A DNA stretch of 64,000 nt from Thermoplasmata archaeon (GCA_020348445.1 CP070751.1:4743778-4807777), one strand, 5' to 3'; numbered from the stretch's first letter, positions 27,637 to 38,220 are shown. The notes: a model not told the origin generated them from the sequence alone. Numbers and translations are program-made.

Positions 27637-30036
27637 GTGATGGAATCCTGGGATGTGAGAATACTTACAGGCTCTTATTCAGTTGAGGATAACGCCCCAA
27701 CAATAGAGCTCTTTGGAAAAACAAGGGATAATAAATCCATTACAGTCAGGTACAAGGGATTTTTACCTTACTTTCATGTGCTTGCCGATAAGAATGATGT
27801 AGCTGAAATGCTAGGTGATGATCCCGATGTTCTGAAATTGGAGGATATTACCCTGTTTTACCAGGGAAAGAACAAGGGGGCTACAAAAGTAACAGTGAGA
27901 ATTCCAGCTACTGTACCAAAGTACAGGACAAAGCTCCTGACCGAGTACATTGTTTTGGCAGCGGACATTCCTTTCCAGCATCGTTTCATGTACGATATGG
28001 ATCTGGGCTCCTGCACAAGGGTATCAGGCTCAGTTGTTGACAAGGGAAATTACACCTCGGATTTGGTGGTCGAGGCCAAGAAGTTTGAGGATTGCGAGCC
28101 CTTCAAGCCTGATCTGAAAATCCTCAGTTTCGACATTGAAAACAGTTTGAAGGATGGGAGGATATTCACAATCTGCTGTTACATAAAATTCAATGAAGAA
28201 ATTGCAGAGAAAATGTTGAGAGGGGACGAGAAGTCCATAATCGAGAATTGGGTCGAGGTCATAAAAAAACACGACCCAGACATAATTACAGGTTACAACA
28301 TCGACGGATATGACATTCCGTCAATTATAGACAGGGCATCGAAACTGGGATTGGGAGAGCCCACTTTGGGGAGGAATCTCAGGCCACCTAAACAGATCTC
28401 AGGAAGGTTCTGGAGACTGGACGGCCGAATTATCGCAGATGCATGGTGGAATGCAAAAAAGGAGCTCAAGCCCAAGAAAGAGACCCTATCTCACATATCG
28501 GAGATACTATTAGGAGAAAAGAAACTGGATGTGGACCCCAAGAGAATAGACGAAGAATGGGAACAAAATCCTGACAAGGTGGTTGAGTACTGTCTTCAGG
28601 ATGCGAAACTGGCATTACAGATCCTAGAGAAAATCAGGATTCTGGGAAAGGCGATGGATCTTGCAACTGTATCGAAATTACCTCTGGATGATGCCATAAA
28701 CGGCCGTACTTCCATATTCATTGATTCCATTCTAATTCGCGTGGCCGATAGAGCGAGTGTTGGGGTTCCGCTTTCTGGTGGCAAAGGCGGAGGGGAAAAG
28801 ATAGAAGGAGGATACGTTCACTCCATCGATCCCGGCCTGTATAATATGGTCTGTGTGCTTGACTTCAAATCCATGTATCCAAGTCTCATCATTGCAAACA
28901 ACATATGCTTTACAACACTTGATAAAAAAGGTACCATAGTGAGTCCTGTGGATGTCCATTTCCTGGGTAAAGAAGAACGTTATGGGCTTGTGCCCAAGGT
29001 CTTGATAAGGCTAATGGAGGACAGGGACAATTTCAAAGCCAAGATGAAGGAAGCAAAGGATAAAGGTGATCAGGATACATTCTTGTACTACAATGGGCTC
29101 CAGGATGCTGTAAAGATCCTCATGAACTCGATTTATGGAGTCTTTGCATCCTCATTTTACAGGTTCACGAACAGGGATATTGGAAGCAGCATCACGGCAT
29201 TTGCCAGGCAGAGCGTAAAGGAGCTGATTTCGAAGTTGGAGGAAGAGAACCTCAAGGTCATTTATTCAGATACCGACAGTGTGTTCTTTGAGTCTCCAAA
29301 AAAGAGCCTGGAGGAAACCATAGAGTTTGGCCAGGAGATAGCAAACCGGTTCAGTGCCCAGGGTGAGATATTGGAATTTGAAGGGATACTGGATCCACTG
29401 TTCTCCCACGGAAAGAAGAAGAGGTATGTGGGGAGGATCATATGGCCTGAGGAGGGTGTGATCGTGAGGGGGTACGAGGTCAGGAGAACAGATGCCTTTG
29501 ACCTACAGAGTGAGGCACTAACCGCGGTTTTCGAGGATATCCTCAAAAGGGACCCCGATGGAGCTGTTGCCACTGCCAAGAAGTTAGTATCCGACATTCT
29601 CAATGGCGAGGCCCCCAAGGAGAAACTCGTGATTTCAAGGACCGTGAAATCAGAGCGAAACTATGTGAATCCTGATAAGATGGTGAATGTAATTGTGGCA
29701 AGGAAGTTGAAGGAGATGGGCTATGATTTTGTGCCTGGTATGAAGGTCTCATGGATAGTGACAGACAGCAAGAAGACTCCCCAGGAGATCGAGCCCTATC
29801 TGGACGGTAGGGAATTTACAGCTGAACCTGACTGGGATTACTATGCCAAGAGGGTGGCCATGACAATTGCCCGGGTGACTGAAGTATTTGGTTGGGATGA
29901 AAAAAGCTTGCTTGGGGGAGCCAGACAAAAGACTCTGTTCTCTGATGACTTTCAAGGGAAATCTTCGAAAACTAAGGAGGAAAAATCAAAGCCCAAAAAG
30001 ACGGACAAGAAACTCACGCTGGAGGACTTTTTATAA
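27637..30036 (+). CDS. polB: Family B DNA polymerase
   Basis: Exo I is FDIEN and Exo II is YNIDGYDIP. The Pol motifs are DFKSMYPSLII, KILMNSIYG and YSDTDSVF. The track start is GTG, and an ATG follows one codon later. It starts 6 nt after the GTPase stop. Confidence 0.9.
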   Translation: MMESWDVRILTGSYSVEDNAPTIELFGKTRDNKSITVRYKGFLPYFHVLADKNDVAEMLGDDPDVLKLEDITLFYQGKNKGATKVTVRIPATVPKYRTKLLTEYIVLAADIPFQHRFMYDMDLGSCTRVSGSVVDKGNYTSDLVVEAKKFEDCEPFKPDLKILSFDIENSLKDGRIFTICCYIKFNEEIAEKMLRGDEKSIIENWVEVIKKHDPDIITGYNIDGYDIPSIIDRASKLGLGEPTLGRNLRPPKQISGRFWRLDGRIIADAWWNAKKELKPKKETLSHISEILLGEKKLDVDPKRIDEEWEQNPDKVVEYCLQDAKLALQILEKIRILGKAMDLATVSKLPLDDAINGRTSIFIDSILIRVADRASVGVPLSGGKGGGEKIEGGYVHSIDPGLYNMVCVLDFKSMYPSLIIANNICFTTLDKKGTIVSPVDVHFLGKEERYGLVPKVLIRLMEDRDNFKAKMKEAKDKGDQDTFLYYNGLQDAVKILMNSIYGVFASSFYRFTNRDIGSSITAFARQSVKELISKLEEENLKVIYSDTDSVFFESPKKSLEETIEFGQEIANRFSAQGEILEFEGILDPLFSHGKKKRYVGRIIWPEEGVIVRGYEVRRTDAFDLQSEALTAVFEDILKRDPDGAVATAKKLVSDILNGEAPKEKLVISRTVKSERNYVNPDKMVNVIVARKLKEMGYDFVPGMKVSWIVTDSKKTPQEIEPYLDGREFTAEPDWDYYAKRVAMTIARVTEVFGWDEKSLLGGARQKTLFSDDFQGKSSKTKEEKSKPKKTDKKLTLEDFL

Positions 30037-30345
30037 GAATAATATTTAGGAACCTATAATATTTAGATGGAAATCTAGTAGGGCATTTTCTAATATTTTC
30101 ACGATTTTTACTCAGGATCACAGAAACCTTATATATACATATATCCTTATTTGAAGAAGGAAGGGAGTTGCGGGAAGGTTCAACTCTTCGTATGCGAGGG
30201 CGCCATATTAAAAGGTCTAAATGGGAAATGAGGGTAATGACCATGAGTCAGGTTAGATTAGCTGTTATCGCATGTTATGGTGATATAAGTAGAATGGGTT
30301 ACGCCGAGGTGGGGCGCGGGTCAAATACCAATAAACTCTGGAATG

Positions 30346-30357
30346 GGAGGAGGTGAT
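30346..30357 (+). promoter_or_regulatory. Shine-Dalgarno-like ribosome binding site
   Basis: GGAGGAGGTGAT ends 5 nt before the ATG at 30363. It is complementary to the canonical AUCACCUCC 3' end of 16S rRNA. Confidence 0.5.
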
Positions 30358-30362
30358 TAAGA

Positions 30363-30866
30363 ATGAGAAAAGTGAGAACATTCGGAACAATACTTGGAAC
30401 ACTGTTAATCGTAACGATTCTTTTAAGCGACTCAGCAGTCGCAGATTGGACTTGGGTAGGAGATATAACTTATTCTATAGATTGTGAGAATCCCGAAAAT
30501 GCACTTGGTGAATGGGATGGGAATTTTGCCACTGTAGGGACAAATAGCCCCGAACCCGGACCCGGAGACCTAATGCTCGATTTTGGGTGGGGCGGAATAT
30601 CAGACTTCACATATGTTTGGGTGATCGGGACAAATCTTTGGGGTATGGAAGAGAACTATACAATAAATATCTTCGCAAGTGATGGAGAGACATATTGTGG
30701 ACCTTGGAACGGAAATAATGATACATACAACCATAGCTTTTTAACGGATGATTCTGGCGATGATGTTTGGCAATATGTTCAAATTCTAGGTACGACTGGT
30801 CAGACTGATGGTACAGATACAATCTACGGACCAGAGATTGATGCAGTAGGCTATGAGATTCCATAG
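30363..30866 (+). CDS. Small secreted protein, function unknown
   Basis: It has a signal-like N-terminus (FGTILGTLLIVTILLSDSAVA) and a strong SD upstream. I recognised no domain. Confidence 0.45.
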   Translation: MRKVRTFGTILGTLLIVTILLSDSAVADWTWVGDITYSIDCENPENALGEWDGNFATVGTNSPEPGPGDLMLDFGWGGISDFTYVWVIGTNLWGMEENYTINIFASDGETYCGPWNGNNDTYNHSFLTDDSGDDVWQYVQILGTTGQTDGTDTIYGPEIDAVGYEIP

Positions 30867-31006
30867 AGACAAGGTAAATATCCTATAGAACCAAGCTTGT
30901 AGATGCTGGGAGTTAAACAAGCTCCTTGGCATCTTCTTATTTTTTTTAAGCTCAGAACCTTTATAAACTTTCAAAACTATGAGAAATATGTATATAAATA
31001 AATAAT

Positions 31007-33907
31007 ATGCAGAATAAGGAGGGGTGTGTACATACGAATAATAATCCCTGGCGAGGAGATAAGAGGATTAAAGCGTTAAAATGCTTTCCTGTCATAATCA
31101 GTGTGCTTTTTATCATATCGATTACGATATTGATTGTTCCTGACAGAAATCTGATACCAACCTCAAGTGGTGCTACAATATATGTTCCTAACGATTATCC
31201 TACAATACAGGATGCGATAAATGCGGCTAAGGATGGAGATACGGTCTATGTTTTTAACGGGATATATAACGAAGATGTAGTGGTTAATAAGACCATAAAT
31301 TTGACTGGGGAGAATAGGGATAGCACGAAAGTTACCGGTAGTGGTGGAACTAATGTAGTTCGGATTTCAGCTGATTATGTGAATGTCTCAGGATTCACAA
31401 TCAAAAGTGGATCTACTACTATTACAGGGCTGGTGATAGATTCTGATTTTAATACAATTGCAACCAACAACTTCTCTTACAATTGGGTTGGTATCTATCT
31501 CCGATACTCCAGTGGGAATAATATAACAGGCAATATTATGTTTGGAGATGGAATTTGTATTATCGGGGATCAACTTGAGCATTGGAACACGCACAATATC
31601 GACATTTCAAATACAGTCAATGACAAACCAGTGTTCTACTGGAAGGACCAAACTGAGGGTGTAATCCCAGTAGATGCGGGACAAGTTATACTTGCTAACT
31701 GTACAAACGTGATTGTAGAGGCCCAAGCAATTACTGGTGTTTCTGTTGGTATTTCACTTGGATTTTCTTCCAATAACGAGATTATAGGTAATGTCATTTC
31801 CTCATGCATATTCTGGTATGGTATCGGCCTTTATCATTCCAACAGGAATAATATCATAGGCAATTTTGTCGATAACGGCCGAAATTATGGCCTCTATATC
31901 CAGCATTCTAGCGGAAACAACATCTTAGGCAACACCCTTTCCTCCAATGGAGACTCCCCTGGAGATTACGTTATTTATCTTGATTACTCAGAGGGTAATA
32001 ATATTACAACCAACACCTTTTCTAACAGTTTGTATAGGGGGATCGGACTCTATTATTCCAATGGAAACACCATCATAGGCAATGATTTCCAGAACAACCA
32101 ACATGATTGCCTCTACCTCGATTTTTCTAGCAGAAACAACATCTCAGTCAACACGTTTTCGAATGCCACGGCCGGCGATGGCATCCGGCTCATTAATTCC
32201 CATGGGAATTACATCATTGATAACACACTTACTTCAAATGCAGGGCGTGGCATATGGTTCGAATATTCCGATAGGAACTACATCAAAGGCAACAACGCTT
32301 CGCGCAATTTTATAGGCATCCGGTTACAATATTCATCGAGCAATACTATAGAGAACAACACCTGCCACAGGAACGGTCTTCAAGGCATTTTAATTGAATA
32401 TAGCCCCGTGAGGAATACTGTCAAAAACAACACATGTCACAGGAACGGCGGAAGCAATATTTATATCCGCTTTTCCAATGAGACTAATATCGTAGGTAAC
32501 AATATTACGCACAGTGGTTACTATGGTATTCGTATTGTAGAATCCAGTGGGAACAACATCATAGGTAATACCATCTTCTCGAATGCCAAACATGGCATCT
32601 TTATCGTTGGGTCCTATGGGAACAGCCTCATTCGCAACAACATATCCTTTAACGACGAGTCCGGCATTAAGCTCGAATATTCTGAGAGGCATACCCTCCG
32701 TGATAACAACATTACGAATAATAAGCATGGATTGTATCTTTACAGACTTTCACACAACAACATTATAACAGGCAATACAATATCATCGAACAACAATGAC
32801 GGTATCCTTCTCGAATTGTCATCGAACAACAAAATAACAGATAACTATATTTCCGACAATTTAAGAGGCATAAATCTTTCCTTTTTTTCCTTTCCCTCAA
32901 GCAACAATGTTATATCAGGCAACAATATTTCGAACAACACTCACGGCATCAGGCTTTCTTCAGCATTGAACAATGCTATAATGGGTAACAATATTACTTT
33001 GAACAATTTGGATGGCATCCGCTTATTCTTTTCTTCTGATTGGAATGGCATTATAGGCAATACTGTCCTCTCGAACGGCAACTATGGTTTCTATTTAAAC
33101 AACTCAACAAATAACAGCATTTACCACAACAACATCATAAACAATACAAATCAAGCTTACGATAATACAAATAATGCAAACCAATGGGACGATGGCTATC
33201 CATCAGGAGGGAATTACTGGTCAGATTTTGATGAATCAAGTGAAGGTGCGTATGATGAGTACAATGGAGAAGGTCAAAATATATTGGGAAGCGACGGCAT
33301 AGTCGATAACGGGACGATTGGAGGAGGGGGGAAGAATCCATATGTGATTGACTCGGATTCCCAGGATAATTACCCCCTCATCGAGCCTAACAAGAATTTT
33401 ATGATTTTAAAACAGGGCTGGAACCTTATTTCTTTACCTCTGATCCAGAAAGAACAAAACCTTACAAAAGTGCTTAAATCCATCGATGGCTTGTATGATG
33501 CGGTCCAATGGTATGATATCACAGATGCAAGAGATCCCTGGAAGCATTACAAAGTAGGCAAGCCCTATGGAAACGATTTATTTGAGCTAAATGAAAAAAT
33601 GGGCATTTGGATTCATATTACTCAACCTGGAGATACGATATTCTTCTACAACGGTACTCGGCTAACCGAAAATCAGAAAATAGCACTTCATCCAGGTTGG
33701 AACATGGTTGGCTACCCATCATTGAATAATAGGGACAGGACCTCGGCTTTGAACAACATCGACTTCCCATCTGATGTCGATGCGATCTGGACCTATGATT
33801 CCATGACTCAAAGATGGGAGAAGATGGGTCCGTCTGATTATTTCGAGGTCGGAAGAGGATACTACATTCACTCCAAAGTCACAAAGGATTGGGATGTTCC
33901 TCTATAA
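31007..33907 (+). CDS. Large parallel beta-helix (NosD/PbH1-like) repeat protein with an N-terminal membrane anchor
   Basis: It has an N-terminal TM helix (FPVIISVLFIISITILIV). More than 20 consecutive ~23-aa turns follow the pattern SxxNxIxGNxxxxNxxxGIxLxxS. The opening motif is IYVPNDYPTIQDAINAAKDGDTVYVFNGIY. Confidence 0.6.
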   Translation: MQNKEGCVHTNNNPWRGDKRIKALKCFPVIISVLFIISITILIVPDRNLIPTSSGATIYVPNDYPTIQDAINAAKDGDTVYVFNGIYNEDVVVNKTINLTGENRDSTKVTGSGGTNVVRISADYVNVSGFTIKSGSTTITGLVIDSDFNTIATNNFSYNWVGIYLRYSSGNNITGNIMFGDGICIIGDQLEHWNTHNIDISNTVNDKPVFYWKDQTEGVIPVDAGQVILANCTNVIVEAQAITGVSVGISLGFSSNNEIIGNVISSCIFWYGIGLYHSNRNNIIGNFVDNGRNYGLYIQHSSGNNILGNTLSSNGDSPGDYVIYLDYSEGNNITTNTFSNSLYRGIGLYYSNGNTIIGNDFQNNQHDCLYLDFSSRNNISVNTFSNATAGDGIRLINSHGNYIIDNTLTSNAGRGIWFEYSDRNYIKGNNASRNFIGIRLQYSSSNTIENNTCHRNGLQGILIEYSPVRNTVKNNTCHRNGGSNIYIRFSNETNIVGNNITHSGYYGIRIVESSGNNIIGNTIFSNAKHGIFIVGSYGNSLIRNNISFNDESGIKLEYSERHTLRDNNITNNKHGLYLYRLSHNNIITGNTISSNNNDGILLELSSNNKITDNYISDNLRGINLSFFSFPSSNNVISGNNISNNTHGIRLSSALNNAIMGNNITLNNLDGIRLFFSSDWNGIIGNTVLSNGNYGFYLNNSTNNSIYHNNIINNTNQAYDNTNNANQWDDGYPSGGNYWSDFDESSEGAYDEYNGEGQNILGSDGIVDNGTIGGGGKNPYVIDSDSQDNYPLIEPNKNFMILKQGWNLISLPLIQKEQNLTKVLKSIDGLYDAVQWYDITDARDPWKHYKVGKPYGNDLFELNEKMGIWIHITQPGDTIFFYNGTRLTENQKIALHPGWNMVGYPSLNNRDRTSALNNIDFPSDVDAIWTYDSMTQRWEKMGPSDYFEVGRGYYIHSKVTKDWDVPL

Positions 33908-33965
33908 AATTTTATAGAAGAGGGGAAAAAGAGGACTTTTGAAAGGTGAAGGAAAACAACTTTAT

Positions 33966-35243
33966 TTATTTACTCTCTCCCACATCGATCTTCCCATCCT
34001 TCACTACAGTCTCCACAAGATTCCCACCAAAACGATAAGGTATATGCATGTGATTTGGGCAATCGAGTATGATGATATCTGCCTCTTTTCCCACTTCTAG
34101 GCTCCCAATCTCTTGAGCCCTATTTATTGCATGCGCGGCGTTGATAGTGGATGCAACTATGGCTTCAGAAGGCAGCATCCCCATGTTGTAACAAGCCAAG
34201 GCAATCATGAACTGCATGGATTCTGTCCAGCAATTGGGATTGAAATCTGTGGCAAGGGCAACAGGGACTCCAGAATCGATCATGAATCTTGCTCTTGGAT
34301 ATTCCTTCTGCATAAGGGCAAAGGGAGTTCCAGGAACCAAAACTCCAATAACCTCTTTTTCGGCCATACTTTTGATTCCCTCATCTGATGACTTCACAAG
34401 ATGACTTGCCGAAATTGCCTCAACCTCGGCTGCCAGCTCTGTTCCCCCGAGCTGTACTATTTCGTCTGCATGGATTTTTGGCCGAAAGCCATGTTCCTTT
34501 CCTTTCATGAGAATCTTTCTCGATTGCTCAACTGAAAAAACACCCTTTTCGCAGAAGACATCACAGAATTCTGCAAGTTTTTTTTCTGCAACCTCAGGAA
34601 GTGTTTCTTCAACTACAAGATTAACATAACCATCTACATCCTCCTTATACTCAGGAGGTATTGCATGTGCACCGAGAAAGGTGGGGATAAGATCCATTAC
34701 ATGATTTTCATTAAGATATTTTATCACCTCAAGGCATTTTATTTCTGTTTCAGTTTCCAAACCATAACCTGATTTTGCTTCCACTGTTGTCGTACCATAA
34801 CATAACATTCGGGCTAGGGTCCTTTCTGCATTAGAAAGAAGTTCTTCCTTGCTAGCTTTCCTGGTTTCCCTCACAGTTCTGAGTATTCCCCCGCCCATGT
34901 TCAGTATATCCAGATAGGTCTTACCTTCCAATTTTAACTTCAACTCATCTTCCCTAAAGCCCGCAAAAATAAGATGCGTATGCGGGTCCACAAAACCAGG
35001 CATCACAGTTTTTCCCTGAGCATCGATTATTCTTGTATCGGATGTGATATTTACTTTTTGCTCAACATTCTCAGTTTTTCCAACCGCGACAATCCCTCCA
35101 CCAGAAACAGCTACAGATCCTCCTTTAATAACTCCTAACTCAGTCATATGTTCCTTTACTCTGGGTTTACTGTTATCACCCGCAAGTGTCACAAGTTCAG
35201 ATGCATTCTTAATTAGAAGATCCGCGCCCTCCTGCATTTTCAT
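33966..35243 (-). CDS. hutI: Imidazolonepropionase-type amidohydrolase
   Basis: It has PGFVDPHTHLIFAG and YLDILNMGGGILRTVRETRKASKEEL, and the metal ligands KIHADE and ASH. The overall length is ~425 aa. Confidence 0.7.
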   Translation of the reverse strand: MKMQEGADLLIKNASELVTLAGDNSKPRVKEHMTELGVIKGGSVAVSGGGIVAVGKTENVEQKVNITSDTRIIDAQGKTVMPGFVDPHTHLIFAGFREDELKLKLEGKTYLDILNMGGGILRTVRETRKASKEELLSNAERTLARMLCYGTTTVEAKSGYGLETETEIKCLEVIKYLNENHVMDLIPTFLGAHAIPPEYKEDVDGYVNLVVEETLPEVAEKKLAEFCDVFCEKGVFSVEQSRKILMKGKEHGFRPKIHADEIVQLGGTELAAEVEAISASHLVKSSDEGIKSMAEKEVIGVLVPGTPFALMQKEYPRARFMIDSGVPVALATDFNPNCWTESMQFMIALACYNMGMLPSEAIVASTINAAHAINRAQEIGSLEVGKEADIIILDCPNHMHIPYRFGGNLVETVVKDGKIDVGESK

Positions 35244-35266
35244 TACCTCTTCTTATAAACTAAGAA

Positions 35267-36619
35267 CTAGATTCTTTGTATATCAGTTTTATGACCATCA
35301 AATAAAACGGGTTGTTTGAGATTTCGGTAAACAACATTCGATCTGTATAAGTTTTTAATAAGGCTCGTAATCCCTGAATAACCATATGTTTTCACTGTTC
35401 CCAATATAATTTTATCCAGTCTTCTAAATACGCTTCTTCTTGGATTTGCCATATCAAATCCATAGTGCAGGAGCTTTTGCATCTCTTCAGGTGAAATTGT
35501 TGGATGATTCCATACAAGATGCTTTGCATTGTACTTTCTATAATCCTTTTCAAATATCCCGTATTTATGCTCTATCTCGTCCCATAAGGGAGTTTCAGGT
35601 AAAGGAGTTATTATACATATCTGGGTTGCATCCAGTTTTAGTTCCCTCACCTTCTCCAAATCCCTTTTAATGGACTCTGGAGTTTCGATGTCAAATCCTA
35701 TCATATAGTAACCTATTATACCAATTCCCCGGCTGTGAAGGTCTTTTACAATTTCTATGACCTCTTCTGCCTCTGCTTTTTTGTTGATCTTCTCTAAAAC
35801 GGCCTGATTGAAGCTCTCAAGGCCCAATCCCAGGCCGCCAAGACCAAGATGACCGTCATCCCAGCTGTCGAGCTTCTTGTAAATGAGATCTGCTCTGGTC
35901 ATTGTCCACCAGAAGTGTCGATATTTCTTTATAAGCTCCACAACCTGGCCTGCATGCTTTGTATTCATTCCAAAGAACTCATCAAGAATAACCACGCCGC
36001 CTACTCCAATCTTCCTATAATAGGCAAGAACCCTTTCGATGCTCTCTATTGGAACCTTGGTCACTTTATTAGCAAAACTTGGGCTCTGACAGAACCTGCA
36101 GCTGTATGCACAGCCTCTTGTTGTAAAAAGCACACCCATCCAATTGATATGAAGATTCGGAAGTCCAGCTGGAACAATTAGAGGTGGATGAAATATCTCC
36201 TTTATCTCATAATCCAAGGCCCTAGCAATCTCATGCTCGGCATATCCTGTGAATATCCTGTCAAAATAAGGCTGTACCTCCTTTGTTAAAATACCGTAGT
36301 TGCCCCCCCATATCTCGTTTACACCATTTTTTCGGGCAGTCTCGATCATCTTTATGACCTCGGCAACCTCGTTCAAATAAAATGAGAAGCCCACTATATC
36401 CCAGCCTTCCTTCAGCTTACTCATGTACTGTTCCCATGTCGGGTATTCAAGTATTTCAATTTGGGGTATGTTCTGCTTTATGAATCTGAGGCCCGGTGAG
36501 ATGGTCCTGTCTGCATGAAGTTTTGAATTCCAAGTTACATTGGTCTGCATCCAGTTATAGATATCGTTTTTGTCTCTTATGTATGAGGTTGTGAACAGTA
36601 CCCTTTTTTCGGTTGGCAA
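35267..36619 (-). CDS. B12-binding-domain radical SAM enzyme
   Basis: It has an N-terminal Rossmann-like B12-binding region followed by TTRGCAYSCRFCQSP (CxxxCxxC). Confidence 0.7.
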   Translation of the reverse strand: MPTEKRVLFTTSYIRDKNDIYNWMQTNVTWNSKLHADRTISPGLRFIKQNIPQIEILEYPTWEQYMSKLKEGWDIVGFSFYLNEVAEVIKMIETARKNGVNEIWGGNYGILTKEVQPYFDRIFTGYAEHEIARALDYEIKEIFHPPLIVPAGLPNLHINWMGVLFTTRGCAYSCRFCQSPSFANKVTKVPIESIERVLAYYRKIGVGGVVILDEFFGMNTKHAGQVVELIKKYRHFWWTMTRADLIYKKLDSWDDGHLGLGGLGLGLESFNQAVLEKINKKAEAEEVIEIVKDLHSRGIGIIGYYMIGFDIETPESIKRDLEKVRELKLDATQICIITPLPETPLWDEIEHKYGIFEKDYRKYNAKHLVWNHPTISPEEMQKLLHYGFDMANPRRSVFRRLDKIILGTVKTYGYSGITSLIKNLYRSNVVYRNLKQPVLFDGHKTDIQRI

Positions 36620-36764
36620 AATTTCCCCTATACTGCGAACTCCAAATGATTATATAAACATTTTGCAGAATGGAGGTTAAAAGAGGGGGTAAGGCCTTAT
36701 AATGGAGATAGTAAAGCAGGTGTCCCAATATATTTAAATAACCAAAGCCGCATCATATCAAAAG

Positions 36765-37757
36765 GTGGTTTTACTGGATATCTGGTTTCACATCATAATG
36801 GATATCATTTTGATTGCTGGTCTTTTTGGATTGGGTGTTGGATATTACCTAAAAGATAAAAGATGCCACAAGTTCCGTTTGATGGGCTTCGTGCTATTTG
36901 GGACATTCTGGGTACTTCAGATACCGCATTTTTTAGAAATCAGAGATGCTTTCAACGCAATCATCTGTGTCCTTGCCCTTCCATTTTATGGCTTTCTCGG
37001 TTACAATGAATACTTGTCATATATCTGGGAAGAGGAAAAAGATTGTCTGAAGTGGATTGCTGGGGCCTCTTTTTTTGCAGGAGGATTGTACTTCTTTGTT
37101 GACAAAATTCCGATTCTATCTGCTTATATAATATATGGTGTTGCTATTCAGACTGTATGGCTAGTTAACGGAATGGGATTCAACTACGGTGTAGGAGAAA
37201 TCAATTATGCAGGAAATCCCCTGTTTTACAGGACCAATTTCAATGAAATCTCTGTGCCAATAGAGGGATCCCGTGTTGCCATGATTCAATCCTGCACAGG
37301 CCTTCAGAGCATGCTGATATTTGTGGGAGCCATATACTGCGTTTCTGCTTTATCTAAGCGCAAATGGTACGCTTTTTTTGCCACTGTCCCTGTAATTTAT
37401 GTCCTAAATCTTGTCAGGAATGTAGGGATTATCTACATGATGGATGACCTAGGTTGGAGCTACGATTTCTCACATAATACCGTCGGAAAGTTCGGCAGTT
37501 TTATAGCCCTGATAGTCCTCGCATTTGTAGCCTTCAAGCTCTTACCTGAATTACTTGATAATGTAATTGGATTAATGGACCTTTCAAGCAGGGAAAAGAA
37601 AGAAGATGAAGAGGAAGAAGAACTTGAAGAGATGGGCGAAAAGGAAATCGAAGAAAAAGGAGAAAGTGGAGACGAGGAAGAAGATACAGAAATAACAAAA
37701 CGTGAATCTAAAAAAGAAAATGAAAATTCAGAATTAAAAGAGGATAAAGAGGATTAA
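36765..37757 (+). CDS. Archaeosortase (exosortase/archaeosortase family transpeptidase) with an unusual ~65-aa Glu/Lys-rich C-terminal tail
   Basis: It is polytopic, with the family landmarks in order: an active-site Cys context QSCTGLQSMLIF, an Arg context NLVRNVGIIY, and a downstream His (FSHN). The tail is SSREKKEDEEEEELEEMGEKEIEEKGESGDEEEDTE. Confidence 0.65.
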   Translation: MVLLDIWFHIIMDIILIAGLFGLGVGYYLKDKRCHKFRLMGFVLFGTFWVLQIPHFLEIRDAFNAIICVLALPFYGFLGYNEYLSYIWEEEKDCLKWIAGASFFAGGLYFFVDKIPILSAYIIYGVAIQTVWLVNGMGFNYGVGEINYAGNPLFYRTNFNEISVPIEGSRVAMIQSCTGLQSMLIFVGAIYCVSALSKRKWYAFFATVPVIYVLNLVRNVGIIYMMDDLGWSYDFSHNTVGKFGSFIALIVLAFVAFKLLPELLDNVIGLMDLSSREKKEDEEEEELEEMGEKEIEEKGESGDEEEDTEITKRESKKENENSELKEDKED

Positions 37758-37969
37758 CCTCCAGAAACAACCTGTATTATCTCGATATTTTCACCATCTT
37801 CAAGTTCCGCATCCAATGGGATAGGATTTCCATTTTTAGAGATAATATGGGCATCTGGGGCAAGATTCAATTTATCAAGGATGTCCTGGCCAGTTGCTTT
37901 TATTTTAATTTCTATATTTTCTTTTTTCCCATTAGGAATGTACTTTACTTTTATTATCATGATACTCAA
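37754..37969 (-). CDS. ThiS/MoaD-type ubiquitin-like small protein (SAMP-like) ending in Gly-Gly
   Basis: 71 aa with beta-grasp-like length and pattern. The C-terminus is IEIIQVVSGG followed by the stop codon. Its 3' end overlaps the 3' end of the archaeosortase gene by 4 nt (convergent). Confidence 0.6.
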   Translation of the reverse strand: MSIMIIKVKYIPNGKKENIEIKIKATGQDILDKLNLAPDAHIISKNGNPIPLDAELEDGENIEIIQVVSGG

Positions 37970-37977
37970 ATCCCAGA

Positions 37978-38220
37978 TTATAACATTTCATCGCAGAACT
38001 TACACAGCAGTGCGTCCTCCTTGTTCTTTCCGCCGCAGGCAGGACACGTTTTTTTATTCATCTCTTTGATTTCTTTTTTTCTCCTTCTTCCCCCTATGAT
38101 CCAGGTGATAAATGCAAAACCTATTGTCATGGCCAAAACGGCAAGTATAAGGTAGCAAAACGTTGCCGATACGCCAAGATCCTTGCTTATGTCATCTATG
38201 ATACTTGCTGGTATTAACAT
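37978..38220 (-). CDS. Small membrane protein with a C-terminal zinc ribbon
   Basis: It has one TM helix (FCYLILAVLAMTIGFAFITWII), a basic stretch, then CPACGG...CKFCDE. Confidence 0.45.
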   Translation of the reverse strand: MLIPASIIDDISKDLGVSATFCYLILAVLAMTIGFAFITWIIGGRRRKKEIKEMNKKTCPACGGKNKEDALLCKFCDEML

